Below, piece by piece: positions 11,192 to 26,322 of a stretch of DNA of 64,000 nt. The stretch covers positions 3,812 through 67,811 of the forward strand of contig CAWKET010000001.1 of NCBI GenBank assembly GCA_963848585.1. Reading direction: 5' to 3'. The translations under genes were made by a program, and so were the position numbers. The stretch's first letter is position 1. Each line of letters begins with the position of its first letter. The notes under the pieces are model-generated. The model was given only the letters and a program-made list of their open reading frames with translations. It searched no databases and was not told the DNA's origin. Source of the DNA: an uncultured Alphaproteobacteria bacterium (lineage in GTDB: Bacteria; Pseudomonadota; Alphaproteobacteria; Azospirillales; Azospirillaceae).

Positions 11192-12290
11192 ATGGCCAGC
11201 AATGGCCCGGCAAACGGCGAAGAAGGCACGATAGTCGATGCGCCCGCCGCGGCCGAACAGGCCGGGCTGGTCTATGTCTCGGACGAGGAACCCGGCATCC
11301 GGCGGCGCCGGTCGGGCAAGGGCTTCAGCTTCCGCAATCCCGACGGCACCGCCGTAAAGGACAAGGAAACGCTGGCCCGCATCAAATCGCTGGCGATCCC
11401 GCCGGCCTATACCGATGTCTGGATCTGCGCCGACCCCAACGGCCACATCCAGGCGACCGGCCGCGACGACAGGGGCCGCAAGCAGTACCGCTACCATCCG
11501 CGCTGGCGCGAGGTGCGCGACAGCACGAAGTACGAACGCATGCTCGACTTCGGCAAGGCGCTGCCCGCCATCCGCGAGCGCATCGCGGCCGACATGAGCA
11601 AGCGCGGCCTGCCGCGCGAAAAGGTGCTGGCGACCGTCGTCCACCTGCTGGAAAACACCCTGATCCGCGTCGGCAACGCCACATATTCCAAGGAGAACAA
11701 GAGCTTCGGCCTGACCACGCTCCAGGACAGGCATGTCGAGGTCGATGGCGGCAAGATGCGCTTCCAGTTCAAGGGCAAGAGCGGCAAGATCTGGAACCTC
11801 CAGGTCAAGGACCGCCGCATCGCCCGCATCGTCAAATCATGCCAGGACGTGCCGGGCCAGCACCTGTTCCAGTACCTGGACGATGATGGCGAGCGCCACG
11901 GCGTCACCTCGCAGGACGTCAACGATTACCTGCGGGAGATCAGCGGACAGGACTTCTCCGCCAAGGATTTCCGCACCTGGGCCGGCACGGTGCTGGCCGC
12001 CATCGCCCTGACCGAGTTCGAGAGCTTCGACACCAAAGCCGCCGCCAAGCGCAATCTGCAGGGACGCCATCGAGCGGGTCTCATCCCGGCTCGGCAATAC
12101 ACCGGCGATCTGCCGCAAATGCTACATCCATCCCCAGGTGCTGGACTGCTATCTCGAAGGTGATCTGGTCAACCAGTTGAAAGACCAGATAGAAGAAGAC
12201 CTGCGCACCGAACTTGATGCGCTGAAGCCGGAAGAAGCCGCCGTCATGGCCTTCCTCCACCGCAGACTGACGCGAGATGCCGCCGCCTAA
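11192..12290 (+). CDS. DNA topoisomerase IB, bacterial/poxvirus type (frameshift near 12060)
   Basis: IPPAYTDVWI, GRKQYRYH, IRVGN, FKGKSG, KDFRTW; LGNTPAICRKCYIHP in shifted frame. Confidence 0.92.
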
Positions 12291-12321
12291 GGCGGCACTC
12301 GTCGTTTCCGGAGCCAATTTC

Positions 12322-13230
12322 TTGTCCTCACCCGCATCCGCTCGCCGACCCGTCATCATCATCGGCATCCGAAAACCGCTTGGGCATCCTCTGCATGGTA
12401 ACCGGCATGGCGCTGTTCACGCTGAACGACGCCATGGGCAAATGGCTGGTGGAAACCTGCCCGGTGCCGCTGATCCTGGCGGTGCGCAGCGCCGCGGCAC
12501 TGCTGATCCTGCTGCCGCTGGTCATGAGGGCGGGCTTCTCGAGCGTCTTCAGGGTGCCCGATCCCGGCCGCCACCTGCTCCGGAACACCCTGATCGTCGC
12601 CGAAGTCGCCTTCTTCTATCTGGCGGTCCGCGAACTGCCGCTGGCCGACGTCATGACGATCTACATGGCGGCCCCGCTGCTGGTCACGGCCCTGTCGGTC
12701 CCGCTGCTGGGCGAGAAGGTAGGCGTTCCGCCGCTGGATCGCGGTCGGCGTCGGCTTCGTCGGCGTGGTGCTGGTGCTCCGCCCCGGCGGCGATTTCCTG
12801 TCAGCGGGAACGCCGATCGCCCTGGCCGGCAGCCTGACCTTCGCGCTGACGCATGATCTCGACCCGCTCGCTCAGGGGGGCCAGCGGCCTCACCCTGATC
12901 ACCACGCAGACGCTGGGCGTCGGTGTGGCGGGAACGGCGGCATTGCCCTTCGTCTGGGTCACCCCGAGCCTGCTGGAATTCTCCCTGCTCGGCGTGCTGG
13001 GCGTCGTGGCCCTGATCGCCCACGTGCTGGTCAACCAGTCGCTGAAGCTCAGCCCGGCGGCCGTCGTAGCCCCTTACCAGTACACCTCGCTGGTCTGGGC
13101 GATAGCATTGGGTTGGGCATTCTGGGGCGACATGCCGGAATGGCCGGTCGCATTCGGCGCCGCATTGATCATCGGCAGCGGGCTGTTCGTCTTCCACCGG
13201 GAACAGCAGTTGGCGAAAGCCGCCGCTTAA
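12322..13230 (+). CDS. EamA/DMT family transporter (frameshifted)
   Basis: Hydrophobic segments, LPLADV..APLLVTALSVPLLGEKVG and VVAPYQYTSLVWA motifs. Confidence 0.85.
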
Positions 13231-13570
13231 CTCCGCAGCCGCCGCAACGTCAGCAATCCGCCGGTCAGCGGATCGTTGAGATGTGCCGTGCCGTCTTCCT
13301 CGATGGTGACCTCGACGCCCAGGCCGATACCCTCCGGCACGACCAGCACATTGTTGCCCTCGACCGAGTATTCGACATCCTGCGTCACGCCGAACGCCGT
13401 CATGCTGGAGCGGCGGAACTCGTAAGTCCCCAGCACCAGCCCCGGCGCCAGCGGCGACGACATGGCCCAGCGGCCAAGCAGCGGGTTAGGCTCGAAGTAG
13501 CTGGCGCAGGACGCCATCATCGCCCCGGCCGCCGCCAGCATCACCATCATTCCAACCCGTCGAACCACAC
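13227..13570 (-). CDS. Small hypothetical lipoprotein
   Basis: MVMLAAAGAMMASC signal then NPLLGRW...; joined to epmA in the ORF track only through a frameshift. Confidence 0.6.
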
Positions 13571-14630
13571 CGTCACTCCTCGATAGCCCGCAACGGGAGC
13601 CCACAGGATATCCTCGATCTCCTGCGCTCCCGTACACAGCATGGATAAACGGTCGAAGCCCAGGGCTATTCCAGCGCTCTCCGGCATGCCGAACTCCAAG
13701 AGCCGCCAGGAAGTCGGCATCGATCGGATAGCGGTCGCCATACAGGCGCTCCTTCAGGTCCATATCCGCCTGGAACCGGGCGCGCTGCACGCCGGCATCG
13801 GTCAACTCGCCAAACGCGTTCGCCAGTTCCAGCCCGCAGGCATAAAGCTCGAACCGCTCCGCCACGCGCGGATCGTCGTCCCTCGGCCTCGACAGCGCCG
13901 CCATGGAGACAGGATAGTCCGTCAGGAACGTGGGCCGGTCCATCCCCAGATAAGGCTCGATCAGGTCCAGCGAGATGCGGAAGAACAGGTCTTCCCAGCT
14001 ATCCCCCGCATGGGGCGTGATCCCGATCCGCTCCGCCTCGCGCGCCAGCAATTCGGCATCGGGAGCCTGCGGGTCCGGCGCCGTCGCCAGCAGATCGATG
14101 CCGGCATAGCGGTCGAACGCCTCCGCGACGGTCAGGACTTCCCAAGGAGCGAACGGATCGCAGGTCCGGTCCCGCCACTCGAACCCCTCGCGCCCTCCCG
14201 CCCGCACCGCCGTCCGGATCAGCGCCTCGCAGTCCACCATCAGGTCGCGGTAGCCGGCCCCCGCCCTGTACCATTCCAGCATGGTGAATTCCGGGCTATG
14301 CGTGCCCGACCGCTCGCCATTCCGGAAGACCTTGGCGAACTGGAACAGCCGGGGCACCCCCGCCACCAGCAGCTTCTTCATGGCGAATTCGGGGCTGGTG
14401 TGCAGGTAGAGCGTCCGCCGGTCATCCGGGTTCGGCCCCACCAGCTCGGTCGAAAACGCGATCAGGTGCGGCTCAAGCCCCGGCGAGACCTGCAACGCCG
14501 GCGTCTCCACCTCGATAAACCCCTGCCCCTCGAACCACGCCCGCACCCTGGACGCGACCCGCGCCCTACCCTCCAGAAACGGCCGCCGCCGGGCGAACCT
14601 CTCCGGATGCCACCAGGGTTGCTCTGTCAT
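13547..14630 (-). CDS. epmA: EF-P lysine aminoacylase (GenX/PoxA), frameshift near 13700
   Basis: YLHTSPEFAMKKLL, FRNGE, HSPEFTMLEWYR, ERFELY, GIALGFDRL. Confidence 0.93.
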
Positions 14631-14805
14631 ACTTCATCGTCCATGCCACTCAGCCCGCACTTCCAGGACTGCTCCCGGCATCATTACATCGCTCCGGCAA
14701 CTGGTGGACCATGAGTTCCAGCGCGGGAGGTAAGTCTACCGCAAGTTGCCGCAGGAGACCGACAGTCGGCATACGAAGGGAACGGGCCGTAAACGCAAGC
14801 CTCGC

Positions 14806-14838
14806 AAAAAGAAAGGGGCGGCCCATCCGGGCCGCCTC
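14806..14838 (-). terminator. Intrinsic terminator of groESL
   Basis: GAGGCGGCCC-GGAT-GGGCCGCCCC then TTTCTTTTT on the minus strand. Confidence 0.8.
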
Positions 14839-14878
14839 AAAGGCGATTGCAACAGCAATTCTATATTGGTCGATCGGA

Positions 14879-16538
<1,660 letters not shown>

Positions 16539-16566
16539 TCAATATCGAGAGTGAAGAGGAAGCGGC

Positions 16567-16881
16567 TCAGGCGGCCTTGGCGGCGGCGCCGGCGCTTTCC
16601 AGAACGCCCAGCAGGTCGGACTCCTTCATGATCAGGTAGTCGACGCCGTCGATCTTCACTTCCGTACCGGACCACTTGCCGAACAGCACCCGGTCGCCGG
16701 CCTTGACGTCCAGCGGCTGGACCTTGCCGGATTCGTCGCGCGCACCGGGACCGACGGCGATCACTTCGCCTTCCTGCGGCTTTTCCTTGGCGGTATCGGG
16801 GATGATGATGCCGCCGGCGGTCTTGCTCTCCTGCTCGACGCGGCGGACGACCACGCGGTCATGCAAAGGACGGAACTTCAT
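16567..16881 (-). CDS. groES: Co-chaperonin GroES
   Basis: [28 protein letters not shown]. Confidence 0.98.
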   Translation of the reverse strand: MKFRPLHDRVVVRRVEQESKTAGGIIIPDTAKEKPQEGEVIAVGPGARDESGKVQPLDVKAGDRVLFGKWSGTEVKIDGVDYLIMKESDLLGVLESAGAAAKAA

Positions 16882-16981
16882 CTCGAAATTACCTCCATAA
16901 TCGGCGCCGGACCTCCTTCAGGCCAGCCCGGCTCAAAGTGACCAATGGGGTCCCGGCGAAGAGCCCATGGCTGCAAGCCTG

Positions 16982-17008
16982 TTAGCACTCTCCGCCGGGA
17001 AGTGCCAA
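16982..17008. promoter_or_regulatory. CIRCE element (HrcA operator)
   Basis: TTAGCACTC-N9-AAGTGCCAA upstream of groES; two mismatches to TTAGCACTC-N9-GAGTGCTAA. Confidence 0.85.
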
Positions 17009-17228
17009 CTAGCTAATTGAAGCCGGATTTTCTTTCAAGAGGGTTTTTTCAGGATTTTTCACGGCTGCGAAGCCACCGGGCAGGCTTGGCAGCAGCCGAC
17101 CATCATGGCTGCTAACACACTGATTACAAACAAGTATTTTGCTTGCACACACAGACAATATGCGATCAAACTTACGCTAAAGAGTTAGCTGGGAGCCGCC
17201 ACGATTAGCAACCGCGGAGGAGATCTGC

Positions 17229-17493
17229 ATGGCAAGTCTGAAGTCTTCAGTTGCGTGACTATCGCCTGACCGTCGCCGAGATCCTGTACCATATGCCCGA
17301 TCATCCGGGCCTGCTGCAGAGCTTCGTCTGGCAGGAAATGGACATAGCGCCCCGTTATCCCGTGCTCCGCAAGTTCCTGACGTTCTGGGAACGCGAACTG
17401 GATGGAAAGCTCCACTCGGTCAAAGTCGCATCCAACCCCCTGATCACACCCGGCGCATACCGCTTCGTCGGCACGGAGTTGCACCTGCACTGA
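17229..17493 (+). CDS. usg: Usg-like family protein (5' frameshift)
   Basis: YRLTVAEILYHMPDHPGLLQSFVWQ..LDGKLHSVKVA; SD GGAGG before ATG 17229. Confidence 0.85.
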
Positions 17494-17509
17494 AGGACTC
17501 ACCCGCTTT

Positions 17510-17570
17510 TGTTGGGCCACGGCCCAACCTACAGAGTGATTCAACTTGTAGGTTGGGCCGTGGCCCAACA
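17510..17570. repeat. REP doublet (REPIN-like) inverted repeat
   Basis: Perfect 24-bp inverted repeat TGTAGGTTGGGCCGTGGCCCAACA with 13-nt spacer; each unit is GTAG plus an internal palindrome. Confidence 0.8.
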
Positions 17571-17712
17571 CGCGCGCTCCCTCATCCGCGCCTTCATCCG
17601 GATGAGCCCCCTACCGCGCATAGGGGATTATGGCTGGAATCACCGAAAGACCATGTCGTGATGCGGGGTCGGCATTGACAGCGGCGCACGGGCGCAGCAC
17701 CCTCCGCATACC

Positions 17713-18162
17713 ATGTTGAGAATTTACGGCACCTGCGTCGCGCTGTCCGGTCTCGGCGTTCTATTGCGGGGTCCTTCAGGCAGCGGCAAATCCGATCTGG
17801 CGCTTCGCCTGATCGACGGCGGCGCGAAACTCGTCGCCGACGATCATGTTGAACTGTCGCTGGATGCGGCCGGGCGGGTCATGGCCCGCGTGCCCAAGCC
17901 GCTCGCCGGCCTGCTCGAAGTGCGCGGCATCGGGATTTTGCGGATGGACGCCGTCCGCACCGCCCCGATCGGCCTCGTGGTCGATCTGACGCCCGACGAT
18001 CAGGTCGAACGGCTGCCGGAAATCGAAACCTGCGTGCTGCTGGACCAGCATATCCGCCGGCTGGCGCTCGCCCCCTTCCACTGCTCCACCCCGGCCAAGG
18101 TGCGGCTGGCGGCCTCCAGGCTGTCGGCCGGTTCGCTGGCGCCGGTACCGGACCCATCATGA
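17713..18162 (+). CDS. hprK: HPr kinase/phosphorylase, short alphaproteobacterial form
   Basis: GPSGSGKSDLAL, LVADD, GLLEVRGIGI. Confidence 0.88.
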   Translation: MLRIYGTCVALSGLGVLLRGPSGSGKSDLALRLIDGGAKLVADDHVELSLDAAGRVMARVPKPLAGLLEVRGIGILRMDAVRTAPIGLVVDLTPDDQVERLPEIETCVLLDQHIRRLALAPFHCSTPAKVRLAASRLSAGSLAPVPDPS

Positions 18163-19170
18163 TCATGCCACTCACGAAGGGTCGATCCGAAGGGCCTCGA
18201 CCTCGGACTGCCGAAGAGAGCGCCCAGGGGCGCGACCGATCGTCCCACCGAACCGCCTCGCAAGCGCCCTGTCGTCGTCGTCTCCGGCATGTCGGGCGCC
18301 GGCCTTTCCACCGCCCTCAAATGCCTGGAAGATCTCGGCTACGAGGCGGTCGACAACCTGCCGATGAACATGGTCGATGCGCTGGTCGGCCAAGGCGACT
18401 TGGGCTCCAGGCCAGTCGCGATCACGGTGGATGCCCGGACACGGCATTTCAGCTCCGACGCGCTGACCTCCCATATCCGGAGACTCGCATCCCGCCCGGA
18501 TCTGGCGGTACGCCTCGTGTTCCTGGAATGCGCCGACGAAATTCTCCAGCGCCGCTACACCGAAACGCGCCGCCGCCACCCGCTGGCGGTGGACCGGCCG
18601 GTCGCCGACGGCATCCTGCGGGAACGCACCCTGCTGGCCGCCCTCAAGGAGCGCGCCGACGTCACCATCGACACCTCGCTGCTGTCGATCCACGATCTCC
18701 GCCGCATCCTCGCCGGCCATTTCAAGCTCAGCGCCGAGCCGACGCTGCATGTCTTCGTCACGTCTTTTTCGTTCCGCCAGGGCGTCCCGCGCGAGGCGGA
18801 TCTTGTATTCGATGTGCGATTCTTAACTAATCCGCACTACGATCCGCGTTTGCGGCCGATGACAGGTTTGGACGAGCCTGTCGCGGCCCGGGTGGCGGAA
18901 GATCCGGACTACGAGGACTTCTTCCGGCACCTGACTTCCCTGTTGCGGCCGCTTCTGCCGCGCTACAACCAGGAAGGCAAAAGCTATCTCACGATCGCCA
19001 TCGGCTGCACGGGAGGCAGGCATCGGTCGGTGTTCGTGGCGGAAACCCTGGCCCGGTGGCTCGGAGGACAGGGATACAAGGTTGGGTTGACGCATCGTGA
19101 TCTGGACCGGTCGTCCCGGACTGGTAATCACACACCGGAATGGCGCCCGCCAGAGCCGGCGGGCACGTGA
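18159..19170 (+). CDS. rapZ: RNase adapter RapZ (start uncertain)
   Basis: SGMSGAG, VDNLP, ETRRRHPL, DLVFDVRFL, IGCTGGRHRSV. Confidence 0.92.
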
Positions 19171-19209
19171 AGAAGCCGGCGATCAGATCGGTTGATAGAA
19201 GGAAATTCG

Positions 19210-19611
19210 ATGATCGGAATGGTTCTGGTAACCCACGGGCGTCTCGCGACCGAGTTCGTCGCGGCACTCGAGCACGTAGTGGGCGAGCAGGAGCAGGTCG
19301 CCTCGGTCTGCATCGGACCGGACGACGACATGGAGCAGCGCCGTCTCGACATCCTCAACAGCGTCGCCGAGGTCGATGACGGCAGCGGCGTCGTGCTGCT
19401 GACCGACATGTTCGGCGGGACGCCCAGCAACCTTGCCATCAGCATCATGGACAAGGCCAAGGTCGAGGTGATCGCCGGCGTCAACCTGCCCATGCTGATC
19501 AAGCTCGCCAGCGTGCGCCAGACTGAAAAGCTGGCCAACGCCGTTCTGGCGGCCCGCGACGCCGGGCAGAAATACATCAACGTCGCATCCACCCTGCTGT
19601 CCGAGTCCTGA
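19210..19611 (+). CDS. PTS EIIA, mannose/fructose family
   Basis: MIGMVLVTHG, DMFGGTPSN, GVNLPML. Confidence 0.92.
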   Translation: MIGMVLVTHGRLATEFVAALEHVVGEQEQVASVCIGPDDDMEQRRLDILNSVAEVDDGSGVVLLTDMFGGTPSNLAISIMDKAKVEVIAGVNLPMLIKLASVRQTEKLANAVLAARDAGQKYINVASTLLSES

Positions 19612-19614
19612 ACC

Positions 19615-19926
19615 ATGACTGGTGCCACCAACGACAATGCTTCCGGCGGAACGGCGCAGGAAGCCTGCGACACCGTCACCATCTGCAACCAGCGCGGGCT
19701 GCATGCCCGGGCGGCGGCCAAGTTCGTCAAGCTGGTCGCGAAATTCGATGCGGAGGTCGAGGTCGAGCGGAACGACATGGTGGTGTCCGGTCAGTCGATC
19801 ATGGGACTGATGATGCTCGCGGCCAGCCAAGGATGCAATGTTACATTGCGCGCCAAGGGCAATCAGGCCGACCAGGTCATCGCGGCTCTCGTGGACCTGA
19901 TCGGACGCAAGTTCGATGAAGACTGA
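19615..19926 (+). CDS. ptsH: HPr family phosphocarrier
   Basis: NQRGLHARAAAKFV, SIMGLMMLA. Confidence 0.92.
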   Translation: MTGATNDNASGGTAQEACDTVTICNQRGLHARAAAKFVKLVAKFDAEVEVERNDMVVSGQSIMGLMMLAASQGCNVTLRAKGNQADQVIAALVDLIGRKFDED

Positions 19927-19938
19927 TCATAATCCTCC

Positions 19939-21730
19939 GTGGCAGCCGACGCCCCGGGCCAACGCCTCCGGGATTGTCGGCGCCTGAACGGATGCTGCGG
20001 GGATTGGGCGTGTCGTCCGGTATCGCGGTCGGCCCGGCCTATGTGGTCGAGACCGGCAATTTCCAGGTGCCGGAATACGAGATCGCGGCCGATCAGGTGG
20101 AAGCCGAGCGGCAACGCTTCGTCAACGCCGCCGCCAAGGCCTGCCGCCAGATCCACAAGCTGAAGGACAAGGCGTCCCTGCTGCCCGAAGTCGGCGGCGG
20201 AGGATGTCGGCTTCCTGCTGGATGCCCATCTGGCGATGCTGTCCAACTCCCGCCTGACCCGTGGGGTGGAGCGGCGGATCGTCACCGACCGGATCAACGC
20301 GGAAGGTGCCGTCCAGGCGGAGATCACGGCGCTGGCCCACAGCTTCGCCGAGATGAACGACACCTACATCGCGGCGCGAATCGCCGATGTGCGGGAAGTC
20401 GGCAGCCGGCTGATCCGCGTGCTGATGCAGCGCAAGTTCCAGGCCTTCTCGCAGGTGCCCGAAGGCAGCATCATCATCGCGGAGGAACTGACGCCGGCCG
20501 ACACGGCGCTGCTGGACCCGCGCCGAATCGGCGGCTTCGCCACGACGCTGGGCGGTGCCGAAGGGCATACCGCCATCATGGCGCGCTCGCTGGGGCTGCC
20601 GGCGGTGCTCGGCGTCGCGCGGCCTGATGCCCGGCGTGAAGACCGGCGACCGGGTGGTGGTGGACGGCATCGCGGGCCGCGTCTTCATCAATCCAACGCC
20701 CGCCACGCTCACCGGCTTCCAGTCCCGGCAGCAGGATCTGGCGCGCGAGCGCGAATCGCTGAAGCGGCTGCGCGACCTGCCGACGGTGACCCGCGACGGC
20801 ACCTCGATCGTCCTCAACGCCAATATCGAACTGCCGCGCGACGTCGAAGGCGCCATGGCCTGCGGCGCCGCCGGGGTCGGGTTGCTGCGCACCGAATTCC
20901 TCTACATGAACCGGGACGACCTGCCGGACGAGGAGGAGCAGTACGAAAGCCTGAAGAACATCGTGGAGGGCATGGAGGGCCGCACCGTCACCGCCCGCAC
21001 GCTCGACGTGGGCGGCGAGAAGCTGGCGACCTCGCTCGGCGGCCATTTCGCGGAATGCGCCAATCCGGCGCTGGGCCTGCGCGCGATCCGGCTGTCGCTC
21101 CGCGAACCGAAGCTGCTGGAAACCCAGCTTGCCGCCATGCTGCGGGCGGGCGCCCACGGCCCGATTCGCATCCTGCTGCCGATGATCTGCACCGTGTCGG
21201 AGGTCCGCAAGGTCCGCGAGATCCTGACCCGCGTCGCCCATAAGCTGAAGCGGCGCGGCGTCCGGATCGCCGATCCCCTGCCCCCGCTGGGCGTGATGAT
21301 CGAGATCCCCGGTGCCGCACTGTCGGCGGACGCGCTGGCGACGGCCTGCGATTTCTTCGCCATCGGCACCAACGACCTGACCCAGTACACGCTGGCGATC
21401 GACCGCGGCGACGAGCAGGTCGCCCACCTGTACGATCCGCTGCATCCCGCCGTGCTGCGCCTGATCCAGTTCTCGACCGAGGCGGCGCTGCGCGCCCGCA
21501 TCCCCGTCAGCGTCTGCGGTGAAATCGCCGGCGACCCGCGCTACGCGGCGCTCCTGCTGGGCTTCGGCATCCGCGAGCTTTCCATGTCGCCGGGATCGCT
21601 GCTGATGGTCAAGCGGCGCATCCGCAACCTCGATCTGGTCGAGGCGACCAGACGCGCCCGCGTCATCATGGAGCAGAGCGACGGCGGCCGTATCGCCATC
21701 CTGCTGGACGACTTCAACGCGCTTGCCTGA
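19939..21730 (+). CDS. ptsI: PTS enzyme I (frameshifted)
   Basis: GVSSGIAVG, HTAIMARS, GLLRTEF, NPALGLRAIR, IGTNDLTQY. Confidence 0.92.
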
Positions 21731-21763
21731 TTGAATCTGCCGGAACGGGTAACCGGGCCGGGC

Positions 21764-22006
21764 TCAGCCCGGTTCGACCGCCTGCGCGCCGGAGCCGATT
21801 CGCCGCGTCAGCCGGAAAAGAACCCCGATCAGCAGCAGGGTCAGCACGCCGGCCAGCGCCAGTCCGGTCTGTTCCACCCGGTCGGAAAGCCTGATGCCGA
21901 GCAATCCCAGGAAAATGAGATCGGCGACGAGCGCCAGCCCCAGCAGGAGCTGAAGGACCGTACCGGTCGTGCCGGTGCGGGCAGATGTCGTCCGTGGCTC
22001 CGTCAT
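21764..22006 (-). CDS. Small two-TM hypothetical membrane protein
   Basis: 80 aa with two hydrophobic segments. Confidence 0.5.
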   Translation of the reverse strand: MTEPRTTSARTGTTGTVLQLLLGLALVADLIFLGLLGIRLSDRVEQTGLALAGVLTLLLIGVLFRLTRRIGSGAQAVEPG

Positions 22007-22040
22007 GTCGTCGCGTCCCGATGATCGTCCTCATTTCTGA

Positions 22041-23593
<1,553 letters not shown>

Positions 23594-23611
23594 GCGGACA
23601 GCCGGTATCGG

Positions 23612-23653
23612 AAAAGAAAAAGGCCGCGAGGGCAACCTCGCGGCCTTTTTCTT
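23612..23653. terminator. Bidirectional intrinsic terminator
   Basis: A-tract, GGCCGCGAGG-GCAA-CCTCGCGGCC, T-tract between convergent genes. Confidence 0.88.
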
Positions 23654-23668
23654 ATTCAGGCTCTACCT

Positions 23669-24770
23669 TCAGGCGCCGACCAGCCCATCGGTCCCATGAT
23701 GGGTGTCCGGGACGCCAAGCAGATCGATGTAATGCGCCAGATCGTCGGCAAGCGCATCGGTATCCACCGTCTTCAGGATCTCCTCACCCCGATGGATCGT
23801 CTCGACCCACGCTTCCGGCAAGGGCGACCCATCCCGCACATGATCGGCCAGAGCGGAGAAGTCCAGCTTATCGCCGCTCTCCCGGACCAGATCGATCAGC
23901 GCTGAAACCGGTGCCGACTCCGAAACGTCCGAAACGCCGGCCACCTGAGCCCCGGCCGGCCGAGCCTTGACGTCCTTGGGATCGATCAGGTCCAGCTTCT
24001 CGTTCTCGTTGCCCAGGGTGACCGTCTTGGACCACCGGAGCGGCCAGACCGCCGCCGGAGAACTTCACCGAATAGGTCCCCGGAGCAGCGGCGATCTCGT
24101 ATCCGCCGGCAGCTGCCGGTCGTATCCGACAGGACGACGGGCTTGGCTGAGCCCTGCAACGTCGCCTCGACCTTGATGCCGCCGCGCCCCTCGCCGGGCG
24201 TATAGAAGTCGTTGTTGTTGAGATCGTCATAGGCGACCCCGGTCAGAAACACGGCGTTGCCGGTCTTGCCGAAGTTCTCGGCCACCATCAACGCGTCGTA
24301 CTGCTTGAAGTCGCCCGACACGATGCCGGTCCCGACTTCGCGGAAGTCGTCCTGCAGGATATTCACGCGGTGTCCGGGGCTCTTGAACAGGGCGTCGTTC
24401 TGAGTCTCCAGCGACTTCACCTGATCCTCGGCGGCTCCCGTCGATCCCCGCCAGGAGATATTCTCGCCCCACCGCCAGTCGCCGGTCAACTGGTAGCCCG
24501 CAGCCTCTATCCGGTCGCCCGGATCGCTGCCGTTCACGCCGGTATGGGAAAAGACATCCTTATCGAGCATCCATTTGGCATGCCCCCGCGCCGAATCGGT
24601 CAAGTACAGGATCGAAGGCCAGCGGCTGTTTCGGCGCCGTGCTGATCTGTCCCTTGTGAAAGTCCCTGGTTCAAGTCGATACCCAGCCGGGCAGCTTCGG
24701 CCGTCGGGTCCATCCGTGCCCGATTGATCAGCTCAATCAAATATTGATCAAGCGCAGTCGGCTCACTCAT
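23669..24770 (-). CDS. CAP/SCP-domain protein (frameshifted)
   Basis: [39 protein letters not shown]. Confidence 0.8.
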
Positions 24771-24944
24771 GACATTACCTCAAATAACACATCTCATGTG
24801 CGGAGTGAATAGACTGTCAGGAGCGGAGTCAAGCCGTTACAATTATGTGCCGATATTGCAGCCAGAAAGGCTCCACACACCCTTAAGATACTGCGAAATC
24901 ACTGATCAGCTGCGATTTTGCCGGAGCGCAGCGAAACAGCCCGA

Positions 24945-26322
24945 TCACGCCGCTGCGGATACCATCGCCTGGATCGGCAGCAGGACCGTCGTCTTCGTGC
25001 CGACTCCCAGGTTCGCTCTCGATGCGGAACTCGCCGCCATGCAGTTCGACCAGCGCCTTGACCAGCGGCAGCCCCAGGCCGGTACCCTGGTATTTGCGGG
25101 TATGTGAGTTTTCGACCTGCCGGAACGGCTCCATCGCAACCACCAGATCGGCTGGCCGTCATGCCGATGCCGGTATCGGCAACCGACAGCTCCATGCGGT
25201 CATCGGCAAGAGATCGGATGGAAATCGTGATCCTGCCGCCGCGCGGCGTGAACTTGACGGCATTCGACAGCAGGTTCAGCAGCACCTGCTTCAGCTTGGT
25301 CGGATCGGCCTGCAAGGTGAGCGGTCCCTGGACGGACCATTCCACGCGACGGTCAGATCCGGCATTCGTCGGCCCGCCCGGCGATCAGCCGCCGACACGA
25401 TTCCACGACATCGCCGGATTTCCACGGTTTCACGGTACAGTTCCATCCGTCCCGCTTCGATCTTCGACAGATCCAGAATATCATTGATAATATTCAACAG
25501 CAGATGTCCGCTCCGGTGGATGTCCGAGACGTATCCGGCATAATGCTGGTCGCTGACCGGGCCGAAATACTGCCCCATCATCATGTCCGAAAATCCGATG
25601 ATGGCATTGAGCGGCGTGCCGCAGTTCATGGCTCATATTGGACAGGAACTCCGACTTGGTGCGGTTCGCCAGTTCCGCCCGTTGCAGGGCCGCTTCCAGC
25701 TTCTGGAACGTCTCCTCGGCAACGATCGTCTTTTCCCGCGCCGTCGCCAGGGCGCTTTCCGTCATGGTGACCTGCTCCCGCAAGCTCGCCTGGGTCGCCT
25801 CAAGCTGGGCAATGGCGCGCCGCAGGACCCGGAGCGGAAGAAGATGGACCGAGACATAGGCGCTGAAACCGAGGACGAGACCGATGAGGCTCAGGACAGC
25901 CAGCCTAGCCGAGGAACGGATAGAGGCTGACTTCGATAACCACGCTTCCGACCGGCTCCGAGCCGATCACGATGGACGATGACTGGACCAGCTGCGGTCC
26001 GGATGGCCGGACTCCCTTGCACAAAGACCAGACGTCCTTCCTGATCATATACGAGCTGACAGACCTCATCGCCGGGCAGAACCACGAAGGCGATCAGTTC
26101 CTCCAGGCGATGCTTGCCAAAGCGCCAGACGGGACCCTGGATATAGGCGTATTCCGACAGACGGTCGGCTGCCAGACGGGCCTGAAACTGCCGATAGGCG
26201 ACCTGATCCCAATAAGAGACCGTACCGAAGCCGGCGGGAACCGCGATCGTGGTGGTCAGGCCGATCACCAACGCCAGTGTCCGGACCAGCCGCTCGAGGC
26301 GCCCGAAGATCTCTTTCTCCAT
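24945..26322 (-). CDS. Membrane sensor histidine kinase (frameshifted)
   Basis: [34 protein letters not shown]. Confidence 0.85.

Noticed and set aside
13227..14630. Apparent EpmA-lipoprotein fusion, also the CobJ-CobM and CobU-CobW joined ORFs
   Set aside because: Each join follows a frameshift, and the native C-terminus is visible in another frame.
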